A DNA stretch of 64,000 bases from an uncultured Alphaproteobacteria bacterium (GCA_944392785.1 CALXXW010000004.1:247-64246); one strand, 5' to 3'. Positions 17,265 through 28,836 are shown, counted from the stretch's first letter. The notes: a model not told the origin generated them from the letters alone. A program made the numbers and translations.

Positions 17265-20200
17265 ATGACAGAAAAACAAAAATACTATCCGGAATTAACG
17301 GCTAAAATCAACTTTCCCGAGATGGAAAAAGACGTCTTGGCTTTTTGGCAGAGCGATCACACATTTCAAAAATCGGTTGATAATCGCTCCTGCGCTGAGG
17401 AGTTCACTTTTTATGACGGTCCGCCGTTTGCTAACGGTATGCCGCATTATGGGCATATTATGGTGTCTTATGTGAAAGATACCATTGCACGGTTTCAAAC
17501 CATGTTGGGTAAGCGTGTGGAACGTCGATTGGGATGGGATTGTCACGGATTGCCTGCAGAAATGAGCGCTGAAAAGCAGTTGGGCGTTTCTGGGCATAAG
17601 GCCATTGAAGAATACGGGATGTCGCGTTTTAATGATTTTTGCCGTCAAGACGTGCTTAAATATGCCGATATTTGGGTGACGATGTTGAAGCGTATCGGTC
17701 GTTGGGTTGATTTTGAACATGACTATAAAACAATGGACCTACCGTTCATGGAGTCGGTTATTCATAATTTTAAAGAATTGTATGATAAGGGATTGGTCTA
17801 TGAAGGTTATCGGGTGCAACCTTATTCATGGGCAGCACAAACACCCGTGTCAAATTTTGAGGTGAATCAAGCGTATCGTGATAAAACGGATACGGCTATT
17901 ACTGTTATGTTCCGTCTTGAAAATGGGTTGAATTTGTTGGCGTGGACAACAACACCGTGGACATTGCCTTCCAATCAAATGCTGGCGGTCGGGGCCGATA
18001 TTGATTATGCCGTGATGGCCGAAGGTGATGAAAAATATGTTTTGGCTGAAGCCTTGTTGGATAAATATAAGCCGCAATTACAACATGCCACGCGTGTCGG
18101 TACACTGAAAGGATCTGAATTGGTGGGATTGTCATATGAGCCGCTGTTTCCCTATTTTAAAACATGGGCCGAGAAAGGGTGTTTCCGCGTGATGGCGGCT
18201 GATTACGTCTCGGTTGAAGATGGAACGGGTATTGTCCATATTGCCTCAGGTTTTGGCGAAGATGATTTTAATGCGTGCCTAGCGTATGATAAAAATTTTC
18301 CGATTTTGTGTCCGGTGGATGAGGCCGGGTGTTTTACGGGTGAAGTCAGCGACTATGCCGGTATGCAGGTTTTTGATACCAACGAGTTAATCATAGCTCG
18401 CCTCAAAGCCGAACGTAAATTGGTTAAAAAGGAGCAGATTACACACAGTTATCCTTATTGTTGGCGGACGGATACGCCGTTGATATATCGTGCCATGGAT
18501 AGTTGGTTCGTGCGCGTGGAGGCTATTAAAGAGCAAATGCTGGCGGCCAATCAGGAAATTACGTGGACACCGGACCATATTAAAGACGGTCGATTCGGAA
18601 AAGGTTTGGAATCTGCGCCGGATTGGAATATCTCACGCAATCGTTTTTGGGGAGCACCGCTGCCTGTCTGGAAATCAGATAACCCTGCTTTCCCTCGCGT
18701 AGATGTGTTTGGTTCTGTTGCCGAAATTAAAGAAAAAACAGGCTGTGATGTGGTCGACTTGCATCGACCTTATATTGATGAGGTCGTTTATCCGAATCCG
18801 GATGATCCCTCTGGAAAAACGATGATGAGACGGGTGCCTTATGTCTTTGATTGCTGGTTTGAATCCGGATCGATGCCCGAAGGACAAATTCACTATCCCT
18901 TTGAAAAAAAAGCATGGTTTGACAGCCATTTCCCCGCCGATTTTATTGTGGAGGGAATTGATCAAACACGAGGATGGTTCTACTCGCTGCATGTGTTGGG
19001 AGTTGCGTTGCATGGTAAGCCTGCCTACAAACATTGTTTGGCAACGGGGCTTTTGATGGCAGAAAGTGGTGTCAAGTTGTCGAAAAAACTCAAAAATTAT
19101 CCGGATCCGTATGAGGTGTTGGATACGATTGGGTCGGATACTCTTCGGTGGTTCCTCCTGTCATCGCCGGCCGTCAAAGCCGGGCAGGCTTACGTGAATG
19201 AAAGGGAAATCACCAAGGCGACACGTAAAGCGGTTTTACCCCTTTGGAATGCGTATTACTTCTTCTGCCTGTATGCCAATGCAGAAGGGTTAAAAGCTGA
19301 GATGATATCAACTTCAACAGATGTCTTGGATCGGTATATTTTGGCTAAATTACGTCGTCTGTCCGAGGTGGTTAAAAAGGCGATGCTGGCCTATGATATG
19401 AATACAGCTTATGCCGAATCGGCGGAATTCTTAGATATTTTAAATAATTGGTATATTCGTCGGTCTCGGGCTCGTTTCTGGGATGGAACAGATGTTCAAG
19501 CGTTTAACACGCTTTATACGGTTTTGGTTTATTTGACTCAAATCATGGCTTCGTTGATGCCGATGTTGACAGAGTTTATTTATCGCGGCTTGACCGGTTG
19601 TGAATCCGTACATTTGACAGATTATCCCGATTTGTCGTCTATTCCGTTTGATACGGATTTAATCGCCGAAATGGATTTAGTGCGTATGATTTCTTCAACG
19701 GCCAAATCAATGCGTGAGGAGCATAAACTACGCAATCGATTGCCTTTGGCCTCTATGACTATTGCCGGGAAAAAAGCCACTCAACTGGCTTCTTTCAAAG
19801 AAGTTTTAAAAGACGAGGTGAATGTCAAAGAGGTTATTTTAACAGATGACATTGCAGCGGTGGCCACAACATTCCTGTATTTAAAAACACCTTTAATCGG
19901 CAAGCGATTAGGACGCTTCATGGGGGCAATCATGGCCGCACATAAAGCCAATATCTGGCAGCTTCAGTCGGATGGGACGCTGTTGATTGCCGATCAAATA
20001 CTTTTACCGGAAGAGTTTGAGTTGCGCCTTGTTTTAAAAGAAGGCTTGGACGGTCAACCTTTACCGGATAATACGGCGGTTATTCAGTTGGATACAACCG
20101 TGTATCCCGAGCTGGAACGTGAAGGAATCGCACGCGATTTTGTGCGTTTGGTTCAAACACGCCGTAAAGAAAGCGGTTTAGATATCTTAGATACCATTCA

Positions 20201-20369
20201 TATTCGCTATCAAACGTCATCCGCTCTTGTCAAAAGCGCTTTGGAAGAACATCGTGCCTATATTTTAGAGCAAGTATTGGGGCTTGATTTGCTGAGTGTC
20301 GAGGGGATAGAGGCACCCGTCGATGAATTGGGAGACGCCAATATATTGTTTGATATTGTGAAAGGATAG
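17265..20369 (+). CDS. ileS: Isoleucine--tRNA ligase, type 2 (eukaryote-like form found in Rickettsiales and some other bacteria)
   Basis: Start at ATG 17265; the track start at 17244 is a TTG. Strong recalled similarity to Rickettsia IleRS: FYDGPPFANGMPHYGH, WTTTPWTLPSN, KLSKKLKN (KMSKS), and a long type-2 C-terminal extension. Confidence 0.9.
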   Translation: MTEKQKYYPELTAKINFPEMEKDVLAFWQSDHTFQKSVDNRSCAEEFTFYDGPPFANGMPHYGHIMVSYVKDTIARFQTMLGKRVERRLGWDCHGLPAEMSAEKQLGVSGHKAIEEYGMSRFNDFCRQDVLKYADIWVTMLKRIGRWVDFEHDYKTMDLPFMESVIHNFKELYDKGLVYEGYRVQPYSWAAQTPVSNFEVNQAYRDKTDTAITVMFRLENGLNLLAWTTTPWTLPSNQMLAVGADIDYAVMAEGDEKYVLAEALLDKYKPQLQHATRVGTLKGSELVGLSYEPLFPYFKTWAEKGCFRVMAADYVSVEDGTGIVHIASGFGEDDFNACLAYDKNFPILCPVDEAGCFTGEVSDYAGMQVFDTNELIIARLKAERKLVKKEQITHSYPYCWRTDTPLIYRAMDSWFVRVEAIKEQMLAANQEITWTPDHIKDGRFGKGLESAPDWNISRNRFWGAPLPVWKSDNPAFPRVDVFGSVAEIKEKTGCDVVDLHRPYIDEVVYPNPDDPSGKTMMRRVPYVFDCWFESGSMPEGQIHYPFEKKAWFDSHFPADFIVEGIDQTRGWFYSLHVLGVALHGKPAYKHCLATGLLMAESGVKLSKKLKNYPDPYEVLDTIGSDTLRWFLLSSPAVKAGQAYVNEREITKATRKAVLPLWNAYYFFCLYANAEGLKAEMISTSTDVLDRYILAKLRRLSEVVKKAMLAYDMNTAYAESAEFLDILNNWYIRRSRARFWDGTDVQAFNTLYTVLVYLTQIMASLMPMLTEFIYRGLTGCESVHLTDYPDLSSIPFDTDLIAEMDLVRMISSTAKSMREEHKLRNRLPLASMTIAGKKATQLASFKEVLKDEVNVKEVILTDDIAAVATTFLYLKTPLIGKRLGRFMGAIMAAHKANIWQLQSDGTLLIADQILLPEEFELRLVLKEGLDGQPLPDNTAVIQLDTTVYPELEREGIARDFVRLVQTRRKESGLDILDTIHIRYQTSSALVKSALEEHRAYILEQVLGLDLLSVEGIEAPVDELGDANILFDIVKG

Positions 20370-20373
20370 AAAA

Positions 20374-22023
20374 ATGACACCTGAAATTATTGAAAAACTC
20401 TTCCCAAATGCGCTGCCGAGCATTGCGGAAATTGAAGCAAAGTACCCGCCGCGTTCATTGCCGGAGGGAGCTCGGGTGATGCGTGTTGCTCCCAGCCCGA
20501 CCGGAAAGATGCATGTCGGAACCTTGTATCAAGCACTCTTGGCTGAACGCGTGGCACATCAAAGCGGCGGCGTTTTCTTTTTACGCTTGGAAGACACGGA
20601 CCAAAAAAGAGAGGTCGCCGGTGCCGCCGATTTGATTATCAATTCATTGGCGCGTTATGGACTGCGGATAGACGAGGGGGTGGGCGCCGATGGTCAAGAT
20701 ATCGGTCTGTATGGTCCTTATATACAGTCTCAACGTCGAGAAATCTATCAGGCGTATGCGAAAAAGCTGTTGATGGACGGTTTGGCCTATCCTTGTTTCT
20801 GCACTGCGGAAGATGTGGACATGATGCGTAAAATTCAAGAAAAGCAAGGTCTCAGACCAGGGTATTATGGAAAATATGCGCATTGTCGCCACTTAACTGA
20901 TGAACAAATTTTAGAAAATTTAGCCGCCGGAAAGCCATGGGTTTTACGATTTAAGTCTCCCGGAAAATATGATAACCGCATTGTTGTTAAGGATTTAATG
21001 AAAGGCAACCTGTCCATGCCGGAAAATGATATGGATATCGTGTTGATTAAAGGAGACGGTTTGCCGACATATCATCTGGCGCATGCCGTTGATGATCATT
21101 TGATGGGAACAACACACGTTTCTCGCGGAGACGAGTGGCTGTCCAGTGTGCCGTTGCATATTCAATTATTTACGGCATTGGGATGGAAGCCGCCTAAGTT
21201 TGCCCATATGGCGCCTTTGCAAAAATTAGATAACGGTAATCGGAGAAAGCTATCAAAAAGGCATGATCCCGAGGCCAGTATTACCTATTTTTGGGAGCAT
21301 GGATATCCGGAAATAGCTATGGTTGAGTATCTGCTGAATTTGATAAATGCTTCTTTTGAAGACTGGCGTAAGACAAATCCGGAAAAAAGTGCTTTCGATT
21401 TCCCGATGAATTTTAATAAAGTATCTAATACAGCCGGTGCGTTGTTTGATTTCATGAAATTAAACAGTATTTCCAAAGATGTGGTGGCGGCTATGACGGC
21501 CGAGGAGGTCTATCAGGCTGTTTTGGCATGGGCCAAGACATATAATCCCTCTTTTGCGGATCGGTTATTGGCTCATGACGCATATGTCAAAGCGATTTTG
21601 AATATTGAGCGTGGTATCGGGAAAAAATCGCGTAAAGATTTATTGAAATGGGAAGATGTGGAGAACGATATTTCTTACTTTTTCGATGAGTTATACCAGC
21701 CGACATTAGCCGATCAATTGGCTCTGTTGGCCGGATTGGATGAGGCTTTGATTAGGCAGGTCGCAGCAGATTATCGCGCCGTCTATCGTTATGATGACAG
21801 TAAAGAGGTTTGGTTCGATAAAATTAAACAAGTCGGTGCCCAAAATGGCTTTGCCTCGGATATGAAAGCGTATAAAGCCGATCCATCGGCCTATCGGGGC
21901 AGTGTTGCCGATGTGGCAAAGATATTACGTGTTTTGATAACGGGACGTGTTCAGTCTCCGGATTTGTTTGCCATCCAACAGGTGATGGGGGAAGACAGAG
22001 TCATGCACCGCTTGATGATTTAG
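20374..22023 (+). CDS. gltX: Glutamate--tRNA ligase (long form, 549 aa)
   Basis: Class I HIGH-type motif HVGTLYQALLAERVAHQSGGVFFLRLEDTDQKRE and the KMSKS-type motif RRKLSKRH. Confidence 0.8.
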   Translation: MTPEIIEKLFPNALPSIAEIEAKYPPRSLPEGARVMRVAPSPTGKMHVGTLYQALLAERVAHQSGGVFFLRLEDTDQKREVAGAADLIINSLARYGLRIDEGVGADGQDIGLYGPYIQSQRREIYQAYAKKLLMDGLAYPCFCTAEDVDMMRKIQEKQGLRPGYYGKYAHCRHLTDEQILENLAAGKPWVLRFKSPGKYDNRIVVKDLMKGNLSMPENDMDIVLIKGDGLPTYHLAHAVDDHLMGTTHVSRGDEWLSSVPLHIQLFTALGWKPPKFAHMAPLQKLDNGNRRKLSKRHDPEASITYFWEHGYPEIAMVEYLLNLINASFEDWRKTNPEKSAFDFPMNFNKVSNTAGALFDFMKLNSISKDVVAAMTAEEVYQAVLAWAKTYNPSFADRLLAHDAYVKAILNIERGIGKKSRKDLLKWEDVENDISYFFDELYQPTLADQLALLAGLDEALIRQVAADYRAVYRYDDSKEVWFDKIKQVGAQNGFASDMKAYKADPSAYRGSVADVAKILRVLITGRVQSPDLFAIQQVMGEDRVMHRLMI

Positions 22024-22088
22024 GACTTGCAATTACCACTTAAATGTGATAAAACAGGCAACATATTTAATTTTTAAAGGAGAAAAAT

Positions 22089-22847
22089 ATGCGTCGTAAA
22101 TTGATTGCCGGAAACTGGAAAATGAATTGTATGAAAGAAAACGGGCTTGCCTTGGCTTCGGCTGTTTTTCAGAAATGCCAACAAAATGCTCCGCTGCCGT
22201 TTGATGTTTTGGTATGCCCTCCCATGAGCTTGTTGGCAAAGGTTGCTGAGTTGCCGCATACAGGGGCTGCCATCGGGGCGCAAGATGTGGCTGAGACAAC
22301 AAAAGCCGAAGGGGCGTTTACCGGAGATATCTCGGCGGATATGGTCGTGGATTTAGGAGCAACCTATACACTGGTGGGACACTCAGAGCGTCGCACCATG
22401 CATCATGAAACAGATGCCGTTGTGCGCCAAAAGGCCGAAAATGCTATGAAAGCAGGATTAACGACGGTTATTTGTATCGGCGAGACTTTGGAAGAGCGTG
22501 AGACCGGCCGTGCTTTGGATGTCGTCGCCGCACAGATACGCGGCTCTGTCCCGACAAGTGCAACGGCGGATAAATGTGTTATCGCTTATGAACCTGTTTG
22601 GGCGATCGGTACGGGCAAAGTCCCGACCAATCATGACGTCGCCGAAATGCATGCGAAAATTCGAGAGGAGTTAACGCATTTACTGGGTGCCGAGGTGGCC
22701 AATGAGATGCGTGTGCTTTATGGTGGCTCTGTGAAGCCGTCCAATGCGAAAGAGCTATTGAGTATTAATCATGTGGATGGCGCTCTAATCGGTGGGGCAA
22801 GTCTAAAGGCTGAAGACTTTTGGGCGATTGCCGAGACTCAGATGTAA
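22089..22847 (+). CDS. tpiA: Triosephosphate isomerase
   Basis: MRRKLIAGNWKMN... start. Active-site motifs VGHSERR and AYEPVWAIGTG. RBS AAGGAG. Confidence 0.9.
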   Translation: MRRKLIAGNWKMNCMKENGLALASAVFQKCQQNAPLPFDVLVCPPMSLLAKVAELPHTGAAIGAQDVAETTKAEGAFTGDISADMVVDLGATYTLVGHSERRTMHHETDAVVRQKAENAMKAGLTTVICIGETLEERETGRALDVVAAQIRGSVPTSATADKCVIAYEPVWAIGTGKVPTNHDVAEMHAKIREELTHLLGAEVANEMRVLYGGSVKPSNAKELLSINHVDGALIGGASLKAEDFWAIAETQM

Positions 22848-22859
22848 AGGAATCAAATA

Positions 22860-23144
22860 ATGCAGACAATTTTATTGACAGTACATATTTTGTTGGCGGT
22901 ATCAATTACGATATTGGTTATGTTGCAACGTGCCGAAGGCGGGGCTTTAGGTGCCTTGGGCGGGGGACAAGGCGGTGCCGGCTTTTTAACGGGACGGCAG
23001 GCCGGTAATTTGTTGACGAAGTTGACCGGTTGTTTTTTCTTTTTCTTTATTTGCACAAGCTTAAGCTTGGTGATTTTGGCTCGTCAAGCAACGGTGAATG
23101 AAACCGTCTCTTTGCTTCCCACAACGGAACAGACAACCAACTGA
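22860..23144 (+). CDS. secG: Preprotein translocase subunit SecG
   Basis: 94 aa with two TM helices separated by the Gly-rich loop GGALGALGGGQGGAGFLTG. It sits immediately after tpiA, the conserved arrangement. Confidence 0.75.
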   Translation: MQTILLTVHILLAVSITILVMLQRAEGGALGALGGGQGGAGFLTGRQAGNLLTKLTGCFFFFFICTSLSLVILARQATVNETVSLLPTTEQTTN

Positions 23145-23209
23145 TTGATTTTGATGAAAGGTTGCTCTATGTAAATGAAAGGTAGAAATACCTTTCATTT
23201 TTTTTATAA

Positions 23210-24535
<1,326 letters not shown>

Positions 24536-24545
24536 TAGGGACATA

Positions 24546-24581
24546 TAAAAAAACACCCTCCGGCCGAAGGGTGTTTTTTTT
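24546..24581. terminator. Bidirectional rho-independent terminator between eno (+) and the TrbC-like gene (-)
   Basis: AAAAAAA-CACCCTCCGGCCGAAGGGTG-TTTTTTTT. It is flanked by an A-run on one side and a T-run on the other. Confidence 0.75.
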
Positions 24582-24590
24582 GTGAAGAGC

Positions 24591-24932
24591 TTACTCCAAT
24601 GTATCAGCAAAATTAGAGCCGGTAAAATCAGAGACAGAGCCGCTGGTATTCGTTGTGGCATAGTCCACAATGGCACCGGCGATAGCCACGATTGCCAAAC
24701 CGACACCCAAAGCGGCTAACCATTTCCAGTTGATTTTTCCGAAAATGGCTGCTGCGCCAAGACCTACCAAACCGAAGCCGCCCAATACAAAGATAACGGC
24801 ACGAGCGTTTTTAAACGTATCCGTCATTTTCGAAATCACGGTTCCAAAGGCGTCTTGAGCATTGGCACCTGTTGCCGTGAAAACCAAGGCAACCAAGCCG
24901 AACAGAGCCAAGTATTTTAGATATTTTGTCAT
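24591..24932 (-). CDS. TrbC/VirB2-family type IV secretion pilin-like protein (orphan)
   Basis: 113 aa. A Sec signal peptide (cleavage after ANA) is followed by two hydrophobic helices separated by a short basic loop (GKINWKW) and a short Ser/Thr-rich C-terminal tail. This is the classic VirB2/TrbC topology and size. Confidence 0.55.
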   Translation of the reverse strand: MTKYLKYLALFGLVALVFTATGANAQDAFGTVISKMTDTFKNARAVIFVLGGFGLVGLGAAAIFGKINWKWLAALGVGLAIVAIAGAIVDYATTNTSGSVSDFTGSNFADTLE

Positions 24933-25129
24933 GTTAATTCTCCTTATATAAGTTTAATTAATGGGGGACAGAATTCTATCCCTTAAGTTTATAATACACC
25001 TTTTTTCCGGCTTGTCTAGATTTTTTTAGGAAAAAGCATAAAAAAACTGTTTTTTGTTAGTAAAAAATTAAAGAATTGTCATTTATGATGTGAATAGCTT
25101 ATTGTATCTTTCGCGAAAAGGAATATAAA

Positions 25130-26107
25130 ATGGTTCAAAAAAATGTCTTGATACATGCTTCTTTCCTGTGTTTAGTGGTGTTGTTAAGCGCTCATGTTCG
25201 AGCCGATGGGGATCCCGTCGAATTTGTGGGTGAGGCGCAGGAATTGCAGCCAGATGAGCAGCTTGAAACCGCCGAAGATGCGATTGCAACGGTGACGGCG
25301 GACGGAGAGTTTTTATTGCCTTCTTACATTGTTCCGACAGAGCCGCTAAAAAACACCGCTTCGGAAAAGACTGCACCGCGTATCACGACAGAAAAACGCT
25401 CAACCGTTCCCGTCGGGCGCACCATTAAGACAACAACCGTGCGGACCGAATATGTGCCGGCAGATGCCGAGGTTCTGGCTAAGTTAGGCATTCCGCCGCC
25501 GAGTACTCCTGTGTTGTTAGATATGGGAAAGTCTGTTCCTATGGCTCAGGGAGGGGCATCATCGGCTCCGTCTTTAAACGGACAAAGACCGATGGAAAGG
25601 CCGAAAGCTAAAAAACCTTTGCTGATTCCGATTGCCGCTGAGGCCGAGATTGTTCAGGAAGAGGATATGCCTTTGCCGGTTTCCAATCGTCCTGCACTTA
25701 ATTCGGCCTATGCCGATCGTATCTTAGAAGATTTTACGCAAAACGGCACAAGTACGTTGATGCCTCACGAGATGAAAGTGACATTTTATCCCGGAGAGGC
25801 CTCTTTTTCAGGACACTCATTGAAGTGGATTCGTGCGTTTTCCAATGCCGCTATGTATGATCCTCGCTTGGTTCTCGAAATACGGATGAGTCGAAATGAG
25901 ATGCCGTTGCAGTATAAGCGGTTGGCTATTTTGCAAAATGCTTTGACGGGCGCGGGGCTTTCAACGCATCAGATGCAGGTGAGCTTTGTTAATCGTCCGA
26001 CGGATACGCTGTTGCTTCGCAATATTAAGCGGCCGGAGCCGACAGAGGTTATTCAGAAAAATACGCAAAAAAAAGTGAAAAAACAAACAAAAGCGGTGAA
26101 ATGGTAA
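25130..26107 (+). CDS. Secreted acidic protein of unknown function; first gene of the secretin/ATPase cluster
   Basis: Signal peptide MVQKNVLIHASFLCLVVLLSAHVRA, then an acidic low-complexity region and a C-terminal ~110-aa globular region. No confident family assignment. Confidence 0.4.
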   Translation: MVQKNVLIHASFLCLVVLLSAHVRADGDPVEFVGEAQELQPDEQLETAEDAIATVTADGEFLLPSYIVPTEPLKNTASEKTAPRITTEKRSTVPVGRTIKTTTVRTEYVPADAEVLAKLGIPPPSTPVLLDMGKSVPMAQGGASSAPSLNGQRPMERPKAKKPLLIPIAAEAEIVQEEDMPLPVSNRPALNSAYADRILEDFTQNGTSTLMPHEMKVTFYPGEASFSGHSLKWIRAFSNAAMYDPRLVLEIRMSRNEMPLQYKRLAILQNALTGAGLSTHQMQVSFVNRPTDTLLLRNIKRPEPTEVIQKNTQKKVKKQTKAVKW

Positions 26108-26175
26108 AAGAAAAACAATTTGTGCTTGTATAATTCCAAAAAATAACGTATGGTGAAGCAAGAAGGAGTATGAAC

Positions 26176-27180
26176 ATGATGCAAAACAAATTAATAAAGG
26201 CTGTTCTTCCGGGCATTTTTGTGGCGTCGTTCTGTGTGGTGGGTTGCACGCGTATGCAGACGGATGAAGTGTATTATGATGAAGCTTATTATGAAGATGA
26301 AACAGCTCCTGTTCAACTGGAAGAAAATGACTATTCTTGCGGAGCGGATGATGATTGCTTGCTAACCAATGATGATGGTTTGTTTCTGACGGAAGAATTT
26401 ACAGAAACTTATGTCGTTTCGCAACCCGGTACGTTGATGGTTGATACCTCTGCTCCGGTGAACATACCGACGACCATGCGTCCCGCGGAAAAAGCTATTG
26501 TGACGAACGGTGAGATATCTGCTTCACGACCGGCCGCCATGAAAGCAACGGCCGTGAAAGATAAGGTTGTATCACAATCAGAAACGGTATCAGAGAAGCC
26601 TTCCTCTCAGGGGAGTGTGACGACGGTGGCTTCTGTCCCTCTCGTTGAGGAGACGACGACAACGGAAGTTATTGAAAAAGAAGCGCCACCCGCACCGATT
26701 CCTCTGGTCAAAAAAATAACAACGACGAAGGTTGTTGAGTCGGATGTTGTTGCAAAATCCGAACCGGCTCGAAAAGTGGTGACGACGGTTTCTGAAAAGA
26801 AGACAACATCGCGTATCGATGCTAAAACAGGTGAGAAAATTGAAGTGAAAAAGGAGGAGAGCTCCATTACGGCCGAAGGAACAACTTTAGCGTCTCGTGT
26901 GGCTTATGGGGAAGAAGTCCATGAATGGGAAGCTATTCCGGGAACAACGTTGAGGGCTCTTTTGCTGGAGTGGGGTGAAAAATCCGGATGGACCGTGATT
27001 TGGAAAATGGATCGCGATTACTTGTTAGAGGCCGGAGTTGTCTTTCGAGGAACGTTTATGGAGGTTGCGGGTGCTTTGGTTCGCTCTTTTGCTCGTGCCG
27101 TACCGGCTCCGATCGGAACGTTCTATCAAGGAAACCGTGTCTTGGTTATCAATACGCAGGAGGATGAGAATGCGCACTAA
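26176..27180 (+). CDS. Lipoprotein with a C-terminal TcpQ/PilL-like domain (type IVb pilus secretin-associated lipoprotein-like)
   Basis: Lipobox FCVVGC after a signal peptide (start at 26176, 7 nt after AGAAGGAG). Thr/Val-rich linker. The C-terminal EWEAIPGTTLRALLLEWGEKSGWTVIWKMDRDYLLEAGVVFRGTFMEVAGALVRSF matches the conserved block of the TcpQ/PilL domain as recalled. The size matches R64 PilL. Confidence 0.5.
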   Translation: MMQNKLIKAVLPGIFVASFCVVGCTRMQTDEVYYDEAYYEDETAPVQLEENDYSCGADDDCLLTNDDGLFLTEEFTETYVVSQPGTLMVDTSAPVNIPTTMRPAEKAIVTNGEISASRPAAMKATAVKDKVVSQSETVSEKPSSQGSVTTVASVPLVEETTTTEVIEKEAPPAPIPLVKKITTTKVVESDVVAKSEPARKVVTTVSEKKTTSRIDAKTGEKIEVKKEESSITAEGTTLASRVAYGEEVHEWEAIPGTTLRALLLEWGEKSGWTVIWKMDRDYLLEAGVVFRGTFMEVAGALVRSFARAVPAPIGTFYQGNRVLVINTQEDENAH

Positions 27181-28816
27181 TATAGCTCGAATTATTTTGT
27201 TATCCGGTGTTTTGTGCGGTTTTGTGTCGTTAACGGCGTGTAATAAGTATGTGGATAAAACAAATAAAAAAATAGAAACAATTTATGAACAGGCTGAAAC
27301 ATATCGTGATGTGGCGCGAATTCCTGATTTACCCGAGCCGGTGGATACTGTTCGGATTCAAAATGATATTTGGTTGGGAACCAGCAGTTCTAAGATTACG
27401 GAGGGAGACCCATTACCGGCAGCGTTGGAAAAAGACGATGGTGTGACGATTTCTTTAGCCGGTGAGGTCACTTTACCGATTTTGGCTCAAGAAATCATGG
27501 ATGTGACACATATCGTCGTGCGTTTGGATGATTTAAAGTCCGAAAACGAAATTCCTGAAAATACCTTACCGGTGAATTATTCCGGAAAGCTGAGTGGTTT
27601 GTTAAATTATATTGCGAATAGATATGGTGTGTGGTGGAAGTATCAAGGGGGTATTATTACCTTTTTTACCAAAGAAACACGTGTCTTCACAATTTATGCG
27701 CTGCCTACGGAAACAAGCCTTTCGGCTACGTTGACCGGTGCCTCTATGGGAGAAAACTCTGGGGGGGGGAGCGCCTCATCATCCTTGAACACATCGGCTA
27801 ATCTGTCTTTGTGGGATAATATTGAGGAAGGAATTAAACAGATCGTCGGTGAGAATGATAAAGTATCGTTTAGTCGTGTCGCCGGAACAGTGACGGTGAC
27901 GGCTAGTCCCTTTGTCATCCGGAAAGTCGGACAATATGTGGCTAACTGGAATGAAAAACTATCGCGACAGGTCGCTATTTCTGTGAAAGTTCTACAGGTC
28001 TCTTTAACGAACGAAGATAGCTATGGTCTTGATTTGCGGCTGGCGTTTAATTCGAATAAGTTAGGTTCTTCCTTTTCAAGTCCCTATTTCATTGATGCAG
28101 CCGGTGGCGGTGCAACAGGTAGCGTTGGTTTGTTGTCTATGGCTCTGTTAGATCCCGGGTCCCGTTGGAAGGATTCACAATCAATCATTCAGGCCTTGTC
28201 AACTCAAGGAAAGACTTCTCTCGTGACCAGTACAAGCGTGACAACTTTGAATAATAAAGTGGCTCCTGTTCAGATTTCAACGGCCCAGAATTATGTGAAG
28301 GAAACCAATGTGACAACGTCCGGTTCCGGAACAGATCGTAGTACGGAAGTCGATATGGATACGGACACGTTAAATTACGGATTCACGATGGAAATTTTAC
28401 CTCGCATTTTAGATCACGGTCGTTTGATTGTTATGTTCTCATTGACATTGACGGATCTGTTGTCTCTGGATCAATTTTCATCGAATGATGGTCTGCAAAC
28501 ATCTGAAGATTCTTCCGACGAAGAAGATACCGAAGAAGAAACCGGAGATCGAGAGTCCACGATTGTTCAGTTGCCTAAGATGCAAATGCGCGGCTTTATT
28601 CAGGAAATTGCCATGCGTTCGGGCTCAACATTGGTCTTGACCGGTTTTGAAAGTGCCAATGATACGACGGATACGGCCGGTATCGGTAAGGCAAAAATGG
28701 GTATTTTGGGCGGTAAAGCCTACAGTTCAAACACGCGGGATGTTATGGTGATTTTGATGACGCCTGAGGTATTACAGTCACCGCTGTCACCCGAAGCCAG
28801 AATGAGGAATTTTTAA
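27170..28816 (+). CDS. Secretin-family outer-membrane channel, lipoprotein type (BfpB/TcpC/PilN-like)
   Basis: Start ATG 27170 overlaps the upstream stop. Lipobox LTAC. N-terminal secretin domain, then a C-terminal secretin core (SLVTSTSVTTLNNKVAPVQIS..., LNYGFTMEILPRILDHGRLIVMFSL, STIVQLPKMQMRGFIQEIAMRSGSTLVLTGF, RDVMVILMTPEVLQ). Confidence 0.75.
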   Translation: MRTNIARIILLSGVLCGFVSLTACNKYVDKTNKKIETIYEQAETYRDVARIPDLPEPVDTVRIQNDIWLGTSSSKITEGDPLPAALEKDDGVTISLAGEVTLPILAQEIMDVTHIVVRLDDLKSENEIPENTLPVNYSGKLSGLLNYIANRYGVWWKYQGGIITFFTKETRVFTIYALPTETSLSATLTGASMGENSGGGSASSSLNTSANLSLWDNIEEGIKQIVGENDKVSFSRVAGTVTVTASPFVIRKVGQYVANWNEKLSRQVAISVKVLQVSLTNEDSYGLDLRLAFNSNKLGSSFSSPYFIDAAGGGATGSVGLLSMALLDPGSRWKDSQSIIQALSTQGKTSLVTSTSVTTLNNKVAPVQISTAQNYVKETNVTTSGSGTDRSTEVDMDTDTLNYGFTMEILPRILDHGRLIVMFSLTLTDLLSLDQFSSNDGLQTSEDSSDEEDTEEETGDRESTIVQLPKMQMRGFIQEIAMRSGSTLVLTGFESANDTTDTAGIGKAKMGILGGKAYSSNTRDVMVILMTPEVLQSPLSPEARMRNF

Positions 28817-28836
28817 AAAGGGAGTATAAAAACAGG

